A DNA stretch of 64,000 bases from Candidatus Hydrogenedentota bacterium (GTDB lineage: Bacteria; Hydrogenedentota; Hydrogenedentia; Hydrogenedentales; SLHB01), in the NCBI GenBank assembly GCA_029974275.1, contig JARKSN010000030.1:8101-72100 (forward strand), in the 5' to 3' direction. The position numbers were made by a program, and so were the translations under genes. Position 1 is the stretch's first letter, and every line of letters starts with the position of its first letter. The notes beneath the pieces are model-generated. The model worked only from the letters and a program-made list of their open reading frames with translations. It made no database searches and had not been told where the DNA came from. Positions 61,801 through 64,000 of the stretch are shown piece by piece.

Positions 61801-62546
61801 GCGAAGGGTTGATCCATTACGGACTGGTCCGCGTCGAGAACAACTACCTTGCGCTGATGCTGCGCAATTGGAGCGCTCCCGGCCAGATCGTGCGGTTTTC
61901 CGGCATTGTGCTGGCGCCGCGTAAACGAACTCCGGGCCGCATCAACATCAACACCGCCGAGACGCGGCGCGCGTTCGATCTGGGCAACACATCCGCGACG
62001 GGGCCTCTCGCCACGGATTTCAACCCATTGCTGGGCATCCCCGGGGTGCTGGCGCAGACGGCATGGATCGCGGATCCGATCTTCCCGAACCTGGATCGTC
62101 TCAACATCACGTATCCGGCGGACAGCTTGGGCTTGAGCCCTAGCGACGTCCCGTGGCGGAATGCAGCCCTTGACCTCAGCCGGAAGATCATGCAGCAGCG
62201 CGGCGCGTGGCGCTGGAACGATGGACGTTACTTCCGGTATCCGTCGGACCTTGCGCTGGACGTGACCAACATGAATGCGCCGAACGTCGAGCTTCCCGCG
62301 GACACGGATGCGCCGGTTCTACAGCGCGCCGTTATAACGGCTGCAGATGTGGACGAGATCAAGCGTCGTCGCTTCCGGGAGGTGATGGCGCGGTATAGCC
62401 GGATGGCGAACCTTGTCACGACGCGATCGGACACCTTCGAGATCATTGTGACGGGACAGTCGGGCTATGTGCGCGACGACGGCGATTACCGCGTTGATTT
62501 CGAGGTGATGGGCGAGAAACAGACGCGGACCATTTACGAACGGTAG
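55848..62546 (+). CDS. Giant (2232 aa) GspK/PilX-like tip pseudopilin with acidic Ca-binding-like repeats and a probable lamin-tail-like domain
   Basis: RG|AALLIVL (no Glu5); DENSKVNLNAA; RININTA; TTRSDTFEIIVTGQ; DNDGDG repeats; IRINELM...EWVEVQN. Confidence 0.8.
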   Translation: MRTDAPAKMTSAPARLFHETRGAALLIVLGILVILFAIALTFYTTARFELRSATNYRNSVQTDSITAAGLAYAIATLAHDRAIHAAYTSLDHAWRTYYNGTWMFGKPWVAKPGNTVPPNVPGHWPRIEFPPNATDACDALYIPRRQNNANDPFGDFLVPSERQSMAAADTLPAQFVDQLLGPRDVAGNRMYSLGADNDGDGLLDSMWIPVPMDRILDNDGIDNDLDGFTDGLDNNGEVVRPGETGVFLYWGGNDGLDNDGDGYVDEPDEQRIFLTCPMDQIRDGSGALISINWSRVQARVNLAALRAYANIPEDGRDPDISIDPNRVDRLDNDRDFIVNEADYHVIPSPAPSPNQRAKAYSNVIAPDYHDRTDVVVTAAGEPVCDIVGRVAVLITDENSKVNLNAAHAMSREEDAAYAAAPMVRALDQGIGPQEYDTRVIKGPGSEGFGVARAAYVRNLLHGSPDGTGLAIANANASSLLRNPEGEAAALAPYLHDMALPGYGRVDDNGNALPLSMNGLDDDGDGLIDEGLWIPDPPAADAPNYDAQKALYDRYVALFGRTLEGIDEPQEFQRYRPYRNLVAERSDPDTLRDFFPNGAQIGSLADRILRTTTQIQAVTDIAPSRFDAVRRFVTVNSTDRNDRFWVRVSDALSGVQNQRGSIAHPYPTGSGLKLDLNHAFADEIARALVEDWDYSPPRMVIDDAWMPTFDMNFPEGQAACFALGLRQESGDITAGAFPVFDLGSGLRRWGELQAGGAYQLPADRELRAYQIGAGVQDFRDADFTRTDVKLTVNDPFGSQITGQSKQITYTQAGIENIRINELMVRPVRRVEAEATPSTSADHAMYGNFDHTPYQILPMFGVSREFAIARPSGGRILPGIADRLLYPEGIDPDHVTDSLTQWRVWPNTLVLGAGATLQTSVSTIPLQFAELPDSSPGEMPNIVEFAFSASQGLPPGRYYLMMNIWDNEGSYKDMAAGEIRYAVKYVQSAPPAIPWATNKSAGPSTILADVIGGISAHPDASATLLKNHPYWRTPVLEAQGSPAVGTGTTFLPGSLFRNGTAAPGYAQDSAFTIEIPPAGSGVELHVAIWASAASNANPIAINFFDFSQEPDHEWVEVQNVAKYDPAIPFEQQVIDMSGWKLQTRVKDLDTGDPKDIEMIVPDRTRIAPGGSLLLGFNKFDELADDSALTPSNRLLWNNGIGLAATRGAGALATALAPTFPWLATVTAPPFPMDPFLLGMADYADLGNSVFSRDTGEDFVDADGDGVLDANSPDDAVQSSAERGPDGPLVSALGIDPKQKPWDRIVELQCPDEIQFTGAETEPEVLEKLAAMLFRGGMLPNYPEFDGIDNDGDNLVLSNDGVNNTGSALLPDGVTPKEGDEPNEGIDEGRWRYEWTGTQDPFNSSKRVSVPGSYSDQPMVAQTRIGLTIALTSDAFPPEWKAFVERRFFPGDNVIITLRDNNDHLVDRVTYRQKDVENSAIDDKLSYGTNPENGSLPNVWPDNTMGFDFYKTLERRHPLYAGDVYGTQNRWQATDGNYDDWAPNMGIGPTGALTWMDTDIYYRVLGPAGPIPWPQAFGHALQGSPLRANFEQRLIDDWKRYNPGGGFSMANLYTPSVPSVPGGNDITWAPRLATARSRALASAADLMAMPQFSFSKAYGTNSSPLFLSTLGGAILGQAFTDVVGQNNPIDNPPPGQPDVAPGDFTALMNIASMDSQTLSVGQATFYPLYPTVQYVNGDGTYVGWNTAHGFAPPAWAPLMLFGPVSPDANADSSALLPADAALAAKLSWYGYDYALAPAYLMEPPLASAFDDLSRWPLRQRAAMYVSTNRFPNFFPSSLLPAADGARYSAFPPLNAVDNAHGAEALFVWDGASGLENGEYNVYVQVNSPLDALRAAHTAGGKLDPPRSLLTALGGRFVQEAQGSLPQDVLVDVEFFTDRNGDGRCWREPSPNPQTLAGDNLPQQGELDRGNNTRAGDSFGEMRGVQPNSEGLIHYGLVRVENNYLALMLRNWSAPGQIVRFSGIVLAPRKRTPGRININTAETRRAFDLGNTSATGPLATDFNPLLGIPGVLAQTAWIADPIFPNLDRLNITYPADSLGLSPSDVPWRNAALDLSRKIMQQRGAWRWNDGRYFRYPSDLALDVTNMNAPNVELPADTDAPVLQRAVITAADVDEIKRRRFREVMARYSRMANLVTTRSDTFEIIVTGQSGYVRDDGDYRVDFEVMGEKQTRTIYER

Positions 62547-62550
62547 GCGA

Positions 62551-62694
62551 AACGCGGAGAAAAAAGAAGAAAACTTTAACGCAAGGGCACAATGAAGCGA
62601 AGGGCAGAGGCGCGGAGACGCAGAAAAGATCGCCTGATTGTTTTTTCTCTTCCTTTGTGTTTTCTCTGTGTTCTTTGTGCCTTTGTGGTGAGTC
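62551..62694. repeat. Intergenic repeat element, copy 3
   Basis: GCAGAGGCGCGGAGACGCAG... and CCTTTGTGTTTTCTCTGTGTTCTTTGTGCCTTTGTGGTGAGTC. Confidence 0.75.
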
Positions 62695-62751
62695 TTGGGT
62701 CTTAAACGCCGGACCCGGTCAGGGCCAAGGTCTTGTGCGATAGGAGCCTGA

Positions 62752-64000
62752 ATGATGCGTAACATGATTCGCTGTACGGCGGGGTTAGCCCTCGCGCTGA
62801 CGATCCTGTCGTTGATCGCGCCACCCGCCGTCGCCCAGACGACGTTCGACAGGGTCGTGGTCACCATCGACGACCGCAGGAGCTTGTGGGATGTGGACGA
62901 GAGCGCCAAGGTGTCTCCTTCGTCCGTCAGCGCCAGCGCGAATCTGATCGACGAGGCAATAAACCGGGTTGTGTCTGGCGGCACGGTGGTTCTCGATCAA
63001 GGGAACTGGCCCTCTCCCACGCATGTCGGGAAGTCTGTGACCATCATGGGGAATCCGTTGAGCCCTCCGTATGCCGTGGTGATCCAGGGGAACGGGGCGC
63101 CTGTCTTGGACGTGAACGGCAACAACATCGACGTTACCGTCGAGGGGGTCACCCTCCGAGGGGGAACGCGGGGGGTCTGGTTGTCGGGCATTGGCGTCAG
63201 CGTGGCGGTGAACCGGTGTTTGTTGCTGAGCAATTCGTTGACAGGTCTTTCCGTGACGGCAACGACGGGGCTGAACCAAGCGCTGATCGTCAATAGCTAT
63301 CTCGGCGGAAATGGGACGGGGGTCCGGTTGAGCGGGCCGAATTCCCGCGCGGCGATCGTTTTCTGCACGTTTCGCTACAATGCCGCGGCGGGCATCGCCA
63401 TAGAGGATCGAGCGACGGCAAGGGTTTTCAACACGGTGTTGTACGAAAACCAGGGTTTTACGGACGAGATCACGCTATCCGGCGGCGGCAACATCGTGGG
63501 AAGAAACAACTACGTTCCCAATAAGGCCGCGCCCAACGTGTCCGCTTTGTCTCCTGTTTTCGACAGTTCGGATTTTCCCCCGGATTTCGATGACGGCGGC
63601 TCGGCTCCCTGGCCCGGCAAGATTCTCGATACGTCCGCGTTGCAGTCCAAGGGCGCTTCCACCGCAAACCTCTCGCTGCAACTAAAGGATTTTCCTTTCT
63701 CGTTGGGTAAGTACGTCAGCAGCGATCTGGAATTGACTCCCCGCCCCATGCCTTCGAGCAGCGCGCCGGATATCGGAGCCGATGAAGCGCCTGACTCTGA
63801 CGCGCCGCTTGTGCAGTGGTATTATTGCAGCGTGACCCAGCCGGACAGCCCGAACGAGGGCGTGGTCGGCAACAAAGTCCGTGCGGAATTGCGTTTCTAC
63901 GGCATGGACCCGCCCGATGAGGTCTATTGGATACCCCAAGGAGGCGAGCCAACCCTCAGAGACCGTCAGGCGTTGCGGCGGACCATCAATGTCGGCGGCG
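62752..64000 (+). CDS. Secreted right-handed parallel beta-helix protein, truncated at the window end
   Basis: Not in the ORF track. Manual translation: MMRNMIRCTAGLALALTILSLIAPPAVAQ...VTVEGVTLRGGTRGV...NSYLGGNGTGV...DLELTPRP...PDIGADE; AGGAG RBS. Confidence 0.8.
   Translation, partial: MMRNMIRCTAGLALALTILSLIAPPAVAQTTFDRVVVTIDDRRSLWDVDESAKVSPSSVSASANLIDEAINRVVSGGTVVLDQGNWPSPTHVGKSVTIMGNPLSPPYAVVIQGNGAPVLDVNGNNIDVTVEGVTLRGGTRGVWLSGIGVSVAVNRCLLLSNSLTGLSVTATTGLNQALIVNSYLGGNGTGVRLSGPNSRAAIVFCTFRYNAAAGIAIEDRATARVFNTVLYENQGFTDEITLSGGGNIVGRNNYVPNKAAPNVSALSPVFDSSDFPPDFDDGGSAPWPGKILDTSALQSKGASTANLSLQLKDFPFSLGKYVSSDLELTPRPMPSSSAPDIGADEAPDSDAPLVQWYYCSVTQPDSPNEGVVGNKVRAELRFYGMDPPDEVYWIPQGGEPTLRDRQALRRTINVGG

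Overview
GC-rich bacterial chromosome segment. The lineage is probably Candidatus Hydrogenedentota; this is inferred from the 'DALDVQLVINAAL' dockerin-type tail and the gene repertoire, and is not verified. Left part (1-15.7 kb): carbohydrate and envelope accessory genes (truncated sulfatase-like gene, IclR regulator, FG-GAP protein, methyltransferase, two divergent URO-D-family genes, GH5-like hydrolase, GT4-WecA-O-antigen ligase). Middle part: housekeeping clusters aroQ-Xaa-Pro peptidase-efp-accB-accC-asp23-amaP, araB, an M42 peptidase, a YidR-like protein, the CIRCE-controlled hrcA-grpE-dnaK-dnaJ operon, two GT4 genes, a dockerin-tailed M6 protease, and a reduced murC-ftsQ-ftsZ block without ftsA. 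Right part (45.8-64 kb) is the most unusual: a type IV filament locus with two PilB/GspE ATPases, PilT and PilC, followed by T2SS-like pseudopilins in G-H-I-J-K order. The K/PilX-type subunit is expanded to 2232 aa with Ca-binding-like repeats, is bracketed by direct copies of an intergenic repeat, and is followed by a secreted beta-helix protein. No rRNA, tRNA, CRISPR array or transposase was recognised.
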